Assembly (NCBI RefSeq): GCF_018977255.1
Contig: NW_024704742.1
Coordinates: forward strand, 136,836,001-136,900,000
DNA length: 64,000 nt
Source of the DNA: Callorhinchus milii
Lineage: Eukaryota
Direction of reading: 5' to 3'
Both the position numbers and the translations under genes were made by a program. Positions 1 through 11,587 of this stretch are shown here, one piece after another. A model generated the notes under the pieces. The model saw only the letters and a program-made list of their open reading frames with translations, searched no databases and had not been told where the DNA came from. Each line of letters opens with the position of its first letter. Position 1 is the first letter of the stretch.

Positions 1-1620
1 TCCTTACTCACATGCTCTGTTTACCTAGCAGTAAATAGGAACCCGGTTGTTAGTTGATTGCTGCGTTTCGTCCACAACCTACGCATTCAACTCACTTTAC
101 AGTGTATTCTGAGACGTCTCAATAACGTGATAAGGTGCTGTATCAAGTGCAAGGATTACTATTATGTCCAATATCCAAAATGAACAACAACAACTTGCAT
201 TTATATAGCGCCCTTCACGCTGGTCAGTGTTTCGGATTGCTTAAATCAAATGGAAATCTAGCTGGGCTGGGGTTCTATTCAAATCTGTACATAGTTTGCC
301 TTTTGTGCCATCTGTGCCTCTCACCTCCTCCGCTCCACCCCCTCCCCCCCTCTGCGGACCTACGAATAAAGAGAAAAGGCTAATTCTGATCCTTTGTCTG
401 CTCTCCCAGCTGCTCCTTCCTGCCGGCGAGACGCAAGTCACCGAGAGCAGCCGAGACTGGGGCCGTCACGCCCAGAACACAAGAAACACGGTCCATTGGA
501 GACTCACCACCACCCACCCATCCACCCGTGTCTCCCTTACAAAGTCTCGCACAGTCATCAGGTCTCTTCCAGAGGCCGGCCACACACACGCGCACGCTTA
601 CTCTCTGGACTCCAGTCAACGCCCTGAAGCAGCAACAGATGCCTCCCCGCCTGGCCCACGATGACAATACAACTGAGGAGGCTTTGTTTGTCACAGCGTA
701 GGGCAAAGACAGGGGGGAGGGGGCAGAGGGAGAGAGAGAAATGTTAAGACATTGATAAATGTTGTGATGAACTTTGCGAGGCTGTTTTTGAGCATTACAT
801 TGCCTTTCTGAGGGCCTCTTGACTCGATCTGTCCAAACACATTGAATTGATGAAGGGCTGCCTTTGTCTCCATTAGCTGCCTCACTCATTTAACTCTCTC
901 AGGTTACAGAGCGACACGGACACCAATGAACGCCACACTTCCTTCTCAATTGACAGACTGACACCACAGAGAAAAGCATTCGATCACCAGTCATTCTGTA
1001 TAGCAACAGGTCATAGGAGAATCCTCTTGCCCATTTCCCCAATAGGCTGCCTGCTAACTCTCTCTCCCTCTCTGCCCCCTACCCCCCCCACTACCCCTCA
1101 CTGTAGGGTCAGGCCTGTTATGTTATAAACAATATGTTGCATTTATACAGCACTCTTTGACGTAGTGTAATATCATCGAACAGTTTACAGAGATGGTGCC
1201 AAACAATGAGCCAGGAGTCTTCCCACTTGGCCCCTGTTAACGCTGCAAGCTAAAACCCCAACAGGTAGGATGGTCCTAGCTGGATAAGCAGCAGTGCTTT
1301 CAATGGCAAACTATGTGGTTTTAGCTGATTGGGCTCCAGCAGATCCCACCATTGCACGCTCTGGGGTGACCAAGGCTTGGCTTTGTCAGCGATGACCATC
1401 AAGGATTCAAAGGGGAAGGATTGACCAATTGTCACACCAATAATGGCCAAAGGTCCCATCCAACCTAGGAGTACAAGAGGATGAATCCTTGCATTTGGTA
1501 CCGTCTGTGATGTCAAGAACATCTCAAACACATCACAAAAGTTTTTGCAGGTGACACTAATGTGCATACAACGTGCAATGAAGTGAGTGACCAATTGTAT
1601 CTCAAGGATTGTTTGGAGGT

Positions 1621-1725
1621 CTTTTGATGAAAGGTTATCGACCTGAAACGTTAGCTCACTTTCTTCTCTCCATAGATGCTGCCTGATTTGCTGAGTATTC
1701 CCAGCGACTTCTCTGTTTATCTGGA
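1621..1725 (+). mobile_element. Penelope-like element terminal (pLTR) fragment
   Basis: tgatgaaaggttatcgacctgaaacgtt..tctctccatagatgctgcctgatttgctgagtattcccagc, the terminus I recall as typical of chondrichthyan Penelope elements; second copy at about 10430-10626. Confidence 0.65.
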
Positions 1726-2029
1726 GGATTGTTGTCCAGGACCCTGAGAGAGAGAGAGAGAGACTCTCTTTTCTTTTCCCATAGGTTTTTTTTAAACAGG
1801 CAAAGACGGGACCTAACAGTTTAATGTTCCATAAAGGGAAACAAATAACAGTTGAGGGGAGTGAAGTAGGAAGACACCCAGATTGAATCTAAATTCAACT
1901 AAAAAATCTTGAAAAGAAAAGCTGACGTGAGCAGAGGAATGAAGGACTGTTTCACCCGTGTACAATTACAGCAGCCAGCTTATAGAGAAATATTAAACCA
2001 ATACCTAGCTAGTTATTGGCAGCTGCCCC

Positions 2030-2296
2030 CAAACTGGGCTGTTTAATACAAATAGGGCCAGCTCCAGCCCAACCCCGGGATACAAGGACAATTCAGGGAC
2101 ACACTGCCTACCCAGCTTACCTGGTACACATTGCCAAGCCAGACACACAAGGTGTACAACCCTGAGTACACATAGCCGAAGCTGGTATGCACATCCAAAT
2201 CCGGCACACACCAGCGAGACTTGGTATACACAGGCAACCCTGGCACACAAGGACAACCCCAGCACACACAGCCAGATCTGGCACACACAGCCAATA
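2030..2296. repeat. Degenerate minisatellite, about 19-21 bp unit (ctggcacacacagccaaat-like)
   Basis: Successive units such as ctggcacacaaggacaacc / ccagcacacacagccagat / ctggcacacacagccaa. Confidence 0.7.
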
Positions 2297-2369
2297 CCAA
2301 AGTCTTTAAGTAATATCTCACATGTTAACTCCTATTGTTAAGAATTACATTTGGTATTTATTTGGATAT

Positions 2370-2630
2370 TTGGTATAGCGCCTTATCAGGTCAGGAGGAC
2401 ATTTCAAAGCACTTGACAGGATTTAGTGTGAAGTGTAGTGACTGTGTATGTTGTGGGCCAAATGGCTTTGGGCACAACAATGTTGTAAGCGACCAATTTG
2501 ATTTGGGGATTGTTGGCCAGGATACCGGGAGAGAGAAACCCCCTTCTCTTTTTGAATATCGTCATGGCATCTTTAAAGTCCACCTGAACAGGCAGACGGG
2601 AACTTGGTTTAACGTCTCATCCAAAGGATG
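2370..2630 (-). mobile_element. Old Deu-domain SINE (SacSINE1/AmnSINE-like)
   Basis: Reverse complement contains GGATGAGACGTTAAACC..GTCTGCCTGTTCAGGTGGAC..AAAGATGCCATG..CCCGGTATCCTGGCCAAC, the Deu core as recalled. Further decayed copies near 8290-8485, 24400-24670, 25950-26185, 27540-27800, 40250-40510, 41190-41490, 45365-45665, 47960-48240, 51790-52150, 52880-53220 and 62100-62560. Confidence 0.8.
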
Positions 2631-3688
2631 TAACAATAATAAAAAATAAGTCATAATTATTCATCACATATGAAGAGCAAAGAAGCTCAGGAGGTTATGA
2701 AGCTTCACAAAGGATTTGGAAGCCAAACCTTGAAACAGCTTTCATTGACCAATTTGAGTTTTGCAACAGCATAGAATCACAGAGGTGACATCTCCTCCAA
2801 TCCCAGCCATCTGCTCTCACACATATAGTCTTGCTTCAAAGACCAAATGTTCTCAACGCATTAGCCTTGAGTTAGGACATAGTATGTAAGAATTTACTGA
2901 ACTTAATGAAAACCACTGAATTTGGAAGCTATTTCTTTTTAAGGAACTGCAGGATATTTGCTGACAAATGAAGCCTGAGTTTAAAAGATTTTCCAAATTT
3001 CTATACTTAAATCCTTTTATTTTAAGGATCTTAAAACCTGAGACTCTGAGGAATTACGGATCTCCTGTTCCTTCTTAAATATCACTCTGCTCCCAGCCTC
3101 AAGAGCCACGATTTGATACCTCACAGCTTTGGGTAAAACATGGCAAGGTTTCCAGCTCTGTAACTGACTGCGGGCCCATGTGTAAAGCTCCCTGACATTG
3201 AGCCCAGCTCAGCTCTCCACATAACCTGTACAATATAAAATTCTTTCCACAGCGTCCGTACCGCCATCCATCACAATCCCTGCCGCTGCCTATGCAACGT
3301 TCACTTCGGGGACAAGTTAACTCAGCTTTGTTCACTGTCTGGGGTTATAGTAACAACCAGTTACTCCAACCGTAAATCTACTGGTTCAACTTGCATTTGG
3401 AGTATTGTGTGCAAGTCCAGTCACCCCACTTTAGCGATGCTGTTAGGGCCATTAAGTGGGTTTGCAAAGGAGATTTACCAAGATAGTGGTCTGACCTAGG
3501 ACACAAACTGGAGGAACTAGGTCTGTTTTCCCAGTAACACAGGTGGTGATGAAGACCTGATCGAGGTGACTGAATCAGCACAGACACAGGAAGCCAAATA
3601 GCTTCCATAGTTCTCCGAAATTGACTGTTTTTCTATCACATGTAATGGCTTAACGCAGCACAGCATTGTCTTATTGTCTGTGTCCTGA

Positions 3689-3775
3689 CATGTTTAACAC
3701 AGCGGGGCATGTTTAACACAGCGCAGCATGTAACACAGCTCAAGCATATAAAACACTGGTATGTATAACACAGTC
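3689..3775. repeat. Short tandem repeat, about 19 bp unit (catgtttaacacagcgcag)
   Basis: Four to five decaying copies read directly. Confidence 0.75.
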
Positions 3776-4349
3776 TGGGTATGTATTAACTTCAATTCCA
3801 CCTTCATAAAGTAAATGTGTAACTCACAGCAACTGTCAGGCCCCCAGACCTGAACGATCAGGCCCCCGGTCCCATCGCTGTTGTTACCAGAATTCAGGAA
3901 GTGTCCCTCCCCCCACCCACCCCACCCCAGCACAGCAATCAGGTGAGCTGATAGTACTAATGGCAGCTTTTGGGAAGTAGGGGTTAGCATACGAGTGGCG
4001 TTCCAGAGCAGGCAATACAATTGGTCTGAGAGACATCTCGGAGTATCCTCTATTTGGAAATTACCCCCACTCCCCCCAGGCCTGGCTTGTCTCCGTGTAG
4101 CAAATGAAAATGACCACATTCCCCACCCCACGAGGGTAGCAGTTTCTACCATGCTCAACATTGGTCAATATCCTATATGAACAGTATCTAGCCAGTCTTA
4201 GCCATTATAAAGGCTCTCCTTCCCCTCCATGTTCAGGCTCTTTTCCACAACAGAAAGGCTCTCGCTGAAGCCACCAGTAACCTTTGTCGCTCGGCTCGGG
4301 GAAACCGGCCTCGAAGTGACTAGGTCCGTCTCTGAGCGGCGGGTCTCGC

Positions 4350-5681
4350 CAGCAATACTTACAGCAAAAAATACATTGTTACATTAAATTAATCGTACAC
4401 ATTCGTGGCTTAAATAGGATACACAATGGATAAATGTATAAGATTCTCTTCTCTCTAACCCCATTAACATGTTAACATGTGTAACTGTTTTTACCCTCTT
4501 GTCGGTTCCGAAACGATCGTTTTATATTTCTAACAAGTTGAGGGGTCGGCTCCTGTTAGGGCCCCTTTATATTGGGTTCGCTCTTACCGTCCCCTCCCTC
4601 CCCTCTCTGCCCCAACTGTTTTCTCCCCCCCCCAAACACATACACACACACACATGTACACACACAAGCACTGAGACACATTAAACATCACAAATGTTAA
4701 GTGCCTGACACATTGTCAAGGCTACAGCTGCTGGGACCTTAGTTCCCTCCCTCTCTCTCTCGCCTTCTCCCTCCGTCTCTCTCTCTCTCCCTCCCTCCTT
4801 TTCTCCCAGGGAAACCGAACCACACAAACTTCCGAAGCTCCAGAATGCCCTGGAAGACGCTGCCTTCGAGACAGTGCAAAATAAACTTTTCTTTAAGAAA
4901 AAAAAATGGTGAATTTCTAGATTGAACACAAAAAGATTTTCTGTCTATATACCGTGTGTATATAGATATATATTATGTATATATAATCCAAAAAATCTCT
5001 CTAGAATTTGGAGACGAGGGGAAAAATATACAAAATAAACATACACTGAGGAACGGGAAGACCAAGGCAGGTGAGCATGAGTTAGCGGATTGCTCAACTT
5101 GTGTCTGTTGCACACAGGTCCACACATAAGTGCACACACACACACTCACCCACACCTGGTTGGCTGCACACGGCAATACACATCCAGTTGCCGGTGAGCG
5201 CACACCCAGATAAACTCACACACACAACCAAGTACATGTGAGCGTGCATACATGTGGTATTTGCACACACACACACTGACACAGACAGAGAGAGACGCAC
5301 ACACACGCACGCTAACATGCACAATGCGGCCAGAAATAACCGGAGTCCTACAGAAACCATGGTTTGATGTGTTGTCAGTGATTTAGCGACAATCAAAAAA
5401 ACACACACACACACAGAGGCAGCGCAGGGGAATGGGGTGGGGGGGGAACTGTGGCACTTGAGTGACAGTAAGGATACCCCCAAAACATTTCTCAGCATGC
5501 TGGGATTGATCCCTCTCCTCCTTCAATTCATTCCCCTCTTTCTCCCTTTCATTCCTTTTTTCTCAAACTGCCACCTTCATACAAATGTTTGTCCTCTCCT
5601 GTTTCTCCTGTCTCTCTTGTTCTTTCGCTCTCTCATCCCTCTCGTATCTCTCTCTCTCTCTCTCTCCAGCCGGTCGGTGTC
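4350..5681 (-). other. CTIF: Probable CTIF 3'UTR (3' end not defined)
   Basis: Follows the stop codon, free of interspersed repeats, GU-dinucleotide and AU-rich on the minus strand. No clear AATAAA seen nearby, so the end is uncertain. Confidence 0.55.
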
Positions 5682-5897
5682 TCAGGCGGTCAGTTTCTGG
5701 ATGGTCTTGTTGTAGTACTGCATGATGGTTGGGGTCAGAGGGTTCCAGCCGTTGGCGTGCAGCTCAATGACCTCAAGGAGGAGGGAGCGGCTGAGTGGGG
5801 ACTCCGAGGGGCCCAGCATCTTGTCCCTCGCGGCAGCCAACAGCTCAGTCATCATCTCTGGCAGCTGCTCCTCCAGCAGCTTCCCCGTGCTCTGCAG
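5682..5897 (-). CDS. CTIF: CTIF last coding exon (stop codon)
   Basis: ttctAG|LQSTGKLLEEQLPEMMTELLAAARDKMLGPSESPLSRSLLLEVIELHANGWNPLTPTIMQYYNKTIQKLTA-TGA; 216 nt; matches the CTIF C-terminus. Confidence 0.97.
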   Translation of the reverse strand: MQSTGKLLEEQLPEMMTELLAAARDKMLGPSESPLSRSLLLEVIELHANGWNPLTPTIMQYYNKTIQKLTA

Positions 5898-6296
5898 CTA
5901 GAACAGGCAGCACAACGGCAATCACTACAATGGTTCCACAGCCCAGTTACTCCAACAAGGCGCTGGTCCAGTATTACCACGAAATCTTTAATGCCCACCT
6001 GAACAGTCACAGATAGACCTTGGTTTAGTGTCTTGTCTGATTCACCGCTCCTTCACTAATGCAACTCCTCCCCATCAGCGGACAACAACAATTCAGGGTA
6101 GAGTCTCAAAGTATGGCACTTGCCAGGATGTATGGGTCTTCCAGGAATATGCTGGAGTATGTCGTGGTGCAGCTTGATGGGGTCCCCCCCACTTTGCCCA
6201 TGCTGAGCTTAACCTCTGGAAATTCTTCCCTTGATCTCTCAGTCTCCCCACCCCCAACTCTGTCTTGAGGTTCTACCTATATAAATGTTAATTATT

Positions 6297-6618
6297 GTGG
6301 AGTCCTGTAGATCAGTGGTTAGAAGACTCGCCTTGTAAGCGAGACACCTGGGTTCAATTCCAGGCAGAGGGCGAAACCTTGGGCAAGTTTCCTTACTCCA
6401 GACACCTAATAATAATCCCCCCCAAAACAAAACAATGATAAATTGGTCACTTCAATCCACGACTGTTTGTGGGACACTGCTGTGCGCAATTGGCTGCCGC
6501 GTTTCGCCCACAAATATACAGTCAATTCACTTTACAGCATATTCTGTGAAGCGCTTTGAGACGTCGAGAAGACGTGAAAAGCGCTATATCAAATGCAAGA
6601 ATTATTATTATTATTATT
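6297..6618 (+). mobile_element. tRNA-Ala-derived SINE, short subfamily, full length
   Basis: Head GTGGAGTCCTGTAG..CAGTGGTTAGA (A box) and GGTTCAATTCC (B box), L2-like 3' stem-loop, (ATT)n tail. Confidence 0.9.
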
Positions 6619-6647
6619 GTCAGGGAAATGTAGAGGTACAAACCTAC

Positions 6648-6701
6648 CTCCATTGAGCAGCAAAGAACAGAGTCTTCCTTCACGTCCTGTGACTGCAGCA
6701 G
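6648..6701 (-). CDS. CTIF: CTIF coding exon 10 (MIF4G)
   Basis: cctcAG|LLQSQDVKEDSVLCCSME|GTAGGT; 54 nt, phase 0/0. Confidence 0.96.
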
Positions 6702-7328
6702 CTGAGGGAGAGCAAGACAGAGGGAAGAACCATTCAACATAGCGCTCAGTTTGCTCCCCTGCTTTCACAAGGTTAGTGTTCAGACTCACTGAGGCACTGG
6801 GATACAGGGCATTAGTTCAGGGTGTGTCAAGGAATCACAGAGTAAAATCTACAGCTGGAATGTTACCAGGAAAGGCGGCAGAGAGGAGGACGTTGGGACT
6901 CTTTTAAGAATCTGTATCTCAGTACAAGTAGATGTGACCCATATAGGTCCCTCTCAGGAAGTAGGAGTAATAGGATAAGACGGCAGAGGTGAGGCAAGGG
7001 AGCAAGCGAGAGGACCCTGGTTCGATTTCTTGGCAGTGTGAAACATTAGGCAAGTTTCCTTACTCCACACACCTTTGTTTACCTAGCAGTAAGTAAGAAT
7101 CATCGGTCGATTAGCGGATCAGTTTCCAGGGGTAATAATCCCTCCAAAAAATAATAATAATAATAATTTGGTTACTCAATCCATGGCTGTTTGACATAAT
7201 GACATGATAAGATGTCATATCAAATGCAAGGATTTTGGTTGTTGTTATTAATAACATAGCGGGGAGACAGGTTTGTCCCATGTCTCATCGGGCTGATATA
7301 TGTGAGAGAGAGAGTGAAGGGTATGTAC

Positions 7329-7484
7329 CTCCCGCAGGCAGGTGTAGATGGGACAGACTAGGACACGGAAGGGCTCGCCTGCGTTGCTCCTCATGATCCC
7401 GAAGACCTCACAGAGGAAGGTGATGAACCCGAGCCAACGTTCCACATCAGTCTGCTGCAGCTTCTCACGCATTGTGAAATCTTT
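7329..7484 (-). CDS. CTIF: CTIF coding exon 9 (MIF4G)
   Basis: gtttAG|KDFTMREKLQQTDVERWLGFITFLCEVFGIMRSNAGEPFRVLVCPIYTCLRE|GTACAT; 156 nt, phase 0/0. Confidence 0.97.
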
Positions 7485-8777
7485 CTAAACCGAGAGAGAG
7501 AGAGAGGCACACGTAGAGAGAACTGAGTGAGGTGGAAGAGGGTGAGATTTCTCTTAAGGAATTTGGTGAGAGTGGGAATTCTTGAGCAACAGAGAACTAG
7601 ATAGCAAAAGAGCGAGCATTGTTTCTTGAGCAAGAGAGAAGTTTTCAAGCAAAACAGGTAATCACACCAAATCGTCAGTTAGTCACAGGCCAGGTATAAG
7701 ATCAGCTAATTAATCACTCACTCAATTAATTAATTAATTGTTGACCAGTTGAAACTGGTTGTGTCAGAGGCCTACATAAAGGGGAGAATCGTGAGAGCCC
7801 ACCATAGTACCATAGGTATATATTTGATATAGTACATAAGTTTGAACATGTGCAACTGCCAGGAAGGTGAACTAGATAGACCTTGTTTTTTTTGTCTATT
7901 TCTTAAATTCTTATGAGTAGTAGAGTGAGAGAGAAAGGGGGGGTCGCACATGTAGAGAGTGTGGCAATGAGAGAGAGATATAGAGAGACAATTGGCTGCT
8001 GTGTTTTACAGAGTATAGTCCACTCACTATACAGTACATTTTGTAAAGTGCTTTGAGATGTCTTGAAGATGTGATAAGGTGCTACATCAAATGCAAGGAT
8101 TATTATTATTATAGACAGAGAGAGAGGCATATGTAGAGAGTGGCACAGAGAGAGACAACCACACAGAGGGTTTTTCTCACTTTATAACACAATCAGATGG
8201 AAATAAAAATAGAACTTCATTACATCAAAATACCTCAAAGCACACTTCACAATTAATTGCTGTAAACTCCCTTCTCTGTTTTAATAGTGCCACCAACATC
8301 CACCTAAACAGGCAGGCGGGAGCTCAGTTAACTGACTCATTCAACCAATTACCTCACTCCCATGAAAGGTCGACACCTTCAACAAGAAGTGCTTCCTCAC
8401 ACGCTACTGGAGTGTCAGCCTGGACCATGTGATCTCAAATTTCATATGTTGGGAACCCACAACTTTCTGACTCAGGGCAGAGAATCAGAGCTCCTCAACC
8501 TCCCTAGTTTCTCTCAAATTCACCAAACCTTGGCGCTGCTTCAATTCTTAGCAATCCTTCCTCCCTATCATTCGGTCTCGATGACCAAGACTGCTTTTTT
8601 TTGTTTTACCTCCGTCACATTGCCCTCCTCCATCCCCATCTCTTACTAAATGCAACTGAAACCCTTAATCACACCCTCCTTGCCTCCCTCCTGGACTTTA
8701 ATAGATAATGTGAATTTATTTCATTGAGCTACAGCAGGAAAGGTCAGGCCTGTGGAGAGCATGGGGGGAGGGCTTAC

Positions 8778-9077
8778 CTGTAGGATGTTGAGCAGTAAGC
8801 TGCGGAACTTGGTCCCCTCCACCATGAAGAGAGACATCTTGTCACAGAGCTTGGCTGCTGTAGAAGCGAAGCTCCTGTCCGTCACGGCTTTGTGGTAGAT
8901 GGTCTGGACGATCTCGCTCAGCATCCCCTCGGAGTTGGTGGAGTTCTGTGCTTCCTCCATGAAAGTGGTCAGATTGGAGTCCACATCCCGGCTGTTGTTC
9001 CTCATGCTGTTGAGGATCTCGATTAGTTTGTCCATTTTGGTTTTCTGAGGGTTTGGGGTGTCGAAGGAGACTTCATC
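8778..9077 (-). CDS. CTIF: CTIF coding exon 8 (start of MIF4G domain)
   Basis: ccgcAG|DEVSFDTPNPQKTKMDKLIEILNSMRNN...AAKLCDKMSLFMVEGTKFRSLLLNILQ|GTAAGC; 300 nt, phase 0/0. Confidence 0.97.
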
Positions 9078-9246
9078 CTGCGGCATCCAAGAAAAGGCGC
9101 TTACATACCATTTCCCCAACTGAGGTGTCAGTCGGTAGCACTCTGGCCTCCCAGGCAGAAGATTGTGGGTTCAAATCAGGAATCTGAACTCACAAGGCTG
9201 GGCTGACACTTCAATGCAGTGCTGGAGGGGAGCTTTGCATTTTTAG

Positions 9247-9612
9247 GTGCAAGTGGTTAGAGCACTCGCATCGCAAGCGAGAGACCTGGATTCAATTTCC
9301 GCAGGGAGAAATGTTGGCCAAGTTTCCTTACTCCACACACCTCTGTTTCACCTAGCAGTAAGTACGAACCAGGGTATTAATCAATTAGCGGATCAATTTT
9401 CTAGGGATAATTCCTTCAAAATGAATAAACAAAAATAATTGTATGATCACTCAATCCACGACCGTTTGAGGGACACAGCTGTGAGCAATTCGCTGCCGCG
9501 TTTTGCCAACAAAATATACAGTCAATTCACTTTACAGCATATTCTGTGAAGCACTTTGAGACGTATCGAAGACGTGATAAGGTGCTAAATGAAATGCAAG
9601 GATTATTATTAT
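9247..9612 (+). mobile_element. tRNA-derived SINE, long subfamily, nested in an older Deu-SINE
   Basis: Carries the extra ctctgtttcacctagcagtaagta segment. Similar copies at about 1-165, 7000-7240, 26480-26710 (+) and 32560-32920, 34810-35015, 48790-49135, 61385-61890 (-). Confidence 0.85.
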
Positions 9613-9826
9613 GATAAGACGTTAAACCGAGGTCCTGTCTGCCTGTCCTGCCTGCCATTTGTCTGACTGACAAACGGAGCTCAGTTTAACAATTTCTGCA
9701 AAGAACAATATTCCAACACTCCAGTGTTTTCTCCCCCCGGTACTGCACTGGAATGTCAACCTAATCTATGAGCGGGAAAAGGGGAGCAAGTGGGCAGGGG
9801 CTTGAACTGACAATCTTCTCACCAAA

Positions 9827-10141
9827 AGTCCTGTAGCTCAGTGGTTAGAGCACTCGCTTTGCAAGCGAGAGACCTGAGTTCAATTCCAGGCAGAGGGCGA
9901 AACCTTGGGCAAGTTTCCTTACTCCACACAGAGCCTAATAATAATCCCTTCAAAACAAAACAATAATAATTGGTCATTTTCAATCTACGGCTGTTTGTGG
10001 GACATTGCTGTATGCAATTGGCTGCCGCGTTCGCCCACAAATATACAGTCAATTCACTTTACAGTGTGTTCTGTGAAGCGCTTTGGGACATCCTCCCGAC
10101 GTGAAAAGCGCTATATCAAATGCAAGGATTATTATTATTAT
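9827..10141 (+). mobile_element. tRNA-Ala-derived SINE, short subfamily
   Basis: Near-identical to the copies at 11705, 14714, 30721 and 44137. Confidence 0.92.
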
Positions 10142-10429
10142 AAGAGGTGAAAGCATAATGGCTCAGGAAAGGGAGTCTGTGGAAAGAATTAAAACTTATA
10201 TGCAGTAAGTATCACACTCTGGAATAACCACCATGTCACAGACACAGTGAAGGAAACAGAGGGGTGGGGGGAAGAGAACGGTCATAGAGAGAGTCGCCGA
10301 TTGGGGGGGAGAAGTACAGTCGGCACCATGGTGAGACACAAGAAAGAGAGTTACAGAGAGAGAGACAAAGACAGAGAAAGAAGGAAGAAAAACAGAGAAT
10401 GACAAAGCGATTGATAAATTTGTATCTTA

Positions 10430-10626
10430 TCATCTCTGTCCTCCACCTAAATTTTTCCTTTGTCTTTCTTTCCCCGCCCCCTTCTCTGCTTGTCTTTATA
10501 ATCTGCTCCCTTCCAACATCTCCCAGTTCCGTCGAAAGGTCACTGACCTGAAATGTTAAGTTATTTTCCTCTCTCCATAGATGCTGCCTGACCTGCCTCG
10601 TGTTCCTAGCAACTTCTGTCTTTATT
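10430..10626 (+). mobile_element. Penelope-like element terminal fragment
   Basis: Pyrimidine-rich lead-in followed by gaaaggtcactgacctgaaatgtt..ctctccatagatgctgcctgacctgc; homologous to 1621-1725. Confidence 0.65.
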
Positions 10627-10744
10627 CGTGGTAAATTAAGTCCTTGTTAGTTCTGCACATTGTATTTCATGTGATAATCTGCTATCTATTTCTATGTCTA
10701 CAATGGGCCAAACCCAACCAGTATGAACATTGGCCTCTGTACTG

Positions 10745-11128
10745 TACTTCAAAATCCTCACATTCGAGTTCAAATCCATTCACTCCCTGGCACCTCCCTA
10801 CCTCTCCGACCTCCTCACTCCCAATCCAACACCTGGCGCCTCTCCTCGACTGGCACCGGCCTCCTGCTCGTCTCTCGCACCCTCCGCCCCACTATCGAAG
10901 GTTGTGCTTTCAGCCACTACACCCCGAAACTCTGGAACAATCTCCCTCAATCCCTCCGCCTTGCCCCCTCTCTCCCCTCTTTCAAATCCCACCTGAAAAC
11001 CTTCCTCTTCGACCATGCTTACGACCACCTCCCCACCCCGGCTCAGAGTCAGGCTCCGCCACTGTTAAGCACTCTGAGACGCTGTCCTGCATGGAGGGCG
11101 CTATACAGGGGCAACTTGTTGTTGTTGT
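10745..11128 (+). mobile_element. LINE-2 3' fragment (second 3'UTR type)
   Basis: FKILTF..HSLAPPYLSDLL, PKLWNNLP..FKSHLKTFLF; (TTG)n tail. Related fragments near 12220-12470, 16620-16835 and 19545-19880. Confidence 0.88.
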
Positions 11129-11130
11129 AC

Positions 11131-11587
11131 CTTCTCCTTGAGCCTCCTCTTCAGTCTATCTTTGGAAGACTCCAACAGACTAACTTTCGGCCTGTCCGCG
11201 TGCTGGTCAGAGACGCTCTCCTCTGATTTGATGTCAGAGTTCTGGGAGGCCGGAGTGGGACTGCCAGGGGTCTCGGTGGGTTTCTGGGGGTCCCCTGCAG
11301 TCTGCCCTAGACTGTGCCAGCTCTCCTCGCCTGGGACGTCTTTACTGTCTTTGACGTTGCGGCTGGAGTCCTTGTCGTTGGCAGGATGCCTCTGGCTGTG
11401 TTGCCATCGGCGTTGCTGACTGTAGCCATGGTTGGGTGGACCCTGCTTGCCTGAGGGGTGTGAGGCGGGTGGTTGGTGCTGTCTGTGCTCCCGGCTCTGC
11501 TTGGGGTAGTTCGGCTGGTGCTCTGTCTGCTGTTGTTGTTGTTGCTGTTGTAGGGCTTTGTTTCCACCTTGATTTCTTTGCTGTCTC
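11131..11587 (-). CDS. CTIF: CTIF coding exon 7 (large low-complexity exon)
   Basis: tgacAG|RQQRNQGGNKALQ8TEHQPNYPKQSRE...HGYSQQRRWQH...DRPKVSLLESSKDRLKRRLKEK|GTACAA; 457 nt, phase 2/0. Confidence 0.94.

Noticed and set aside
1..4350. SMAD7 or another neighbouring gene's exons
   Set aside because: No MH1/MH2-like or other recognisable coding sequence seen. Likewise no ZBTB7C-like exons were seen in 47-64 kb.
5094..5498. Cys/Val-rich ORFs (also 29099..29638 and 58858..59163)
   Set aside because: Translation artefacts of (GT)n and (CT)n microsatellites.
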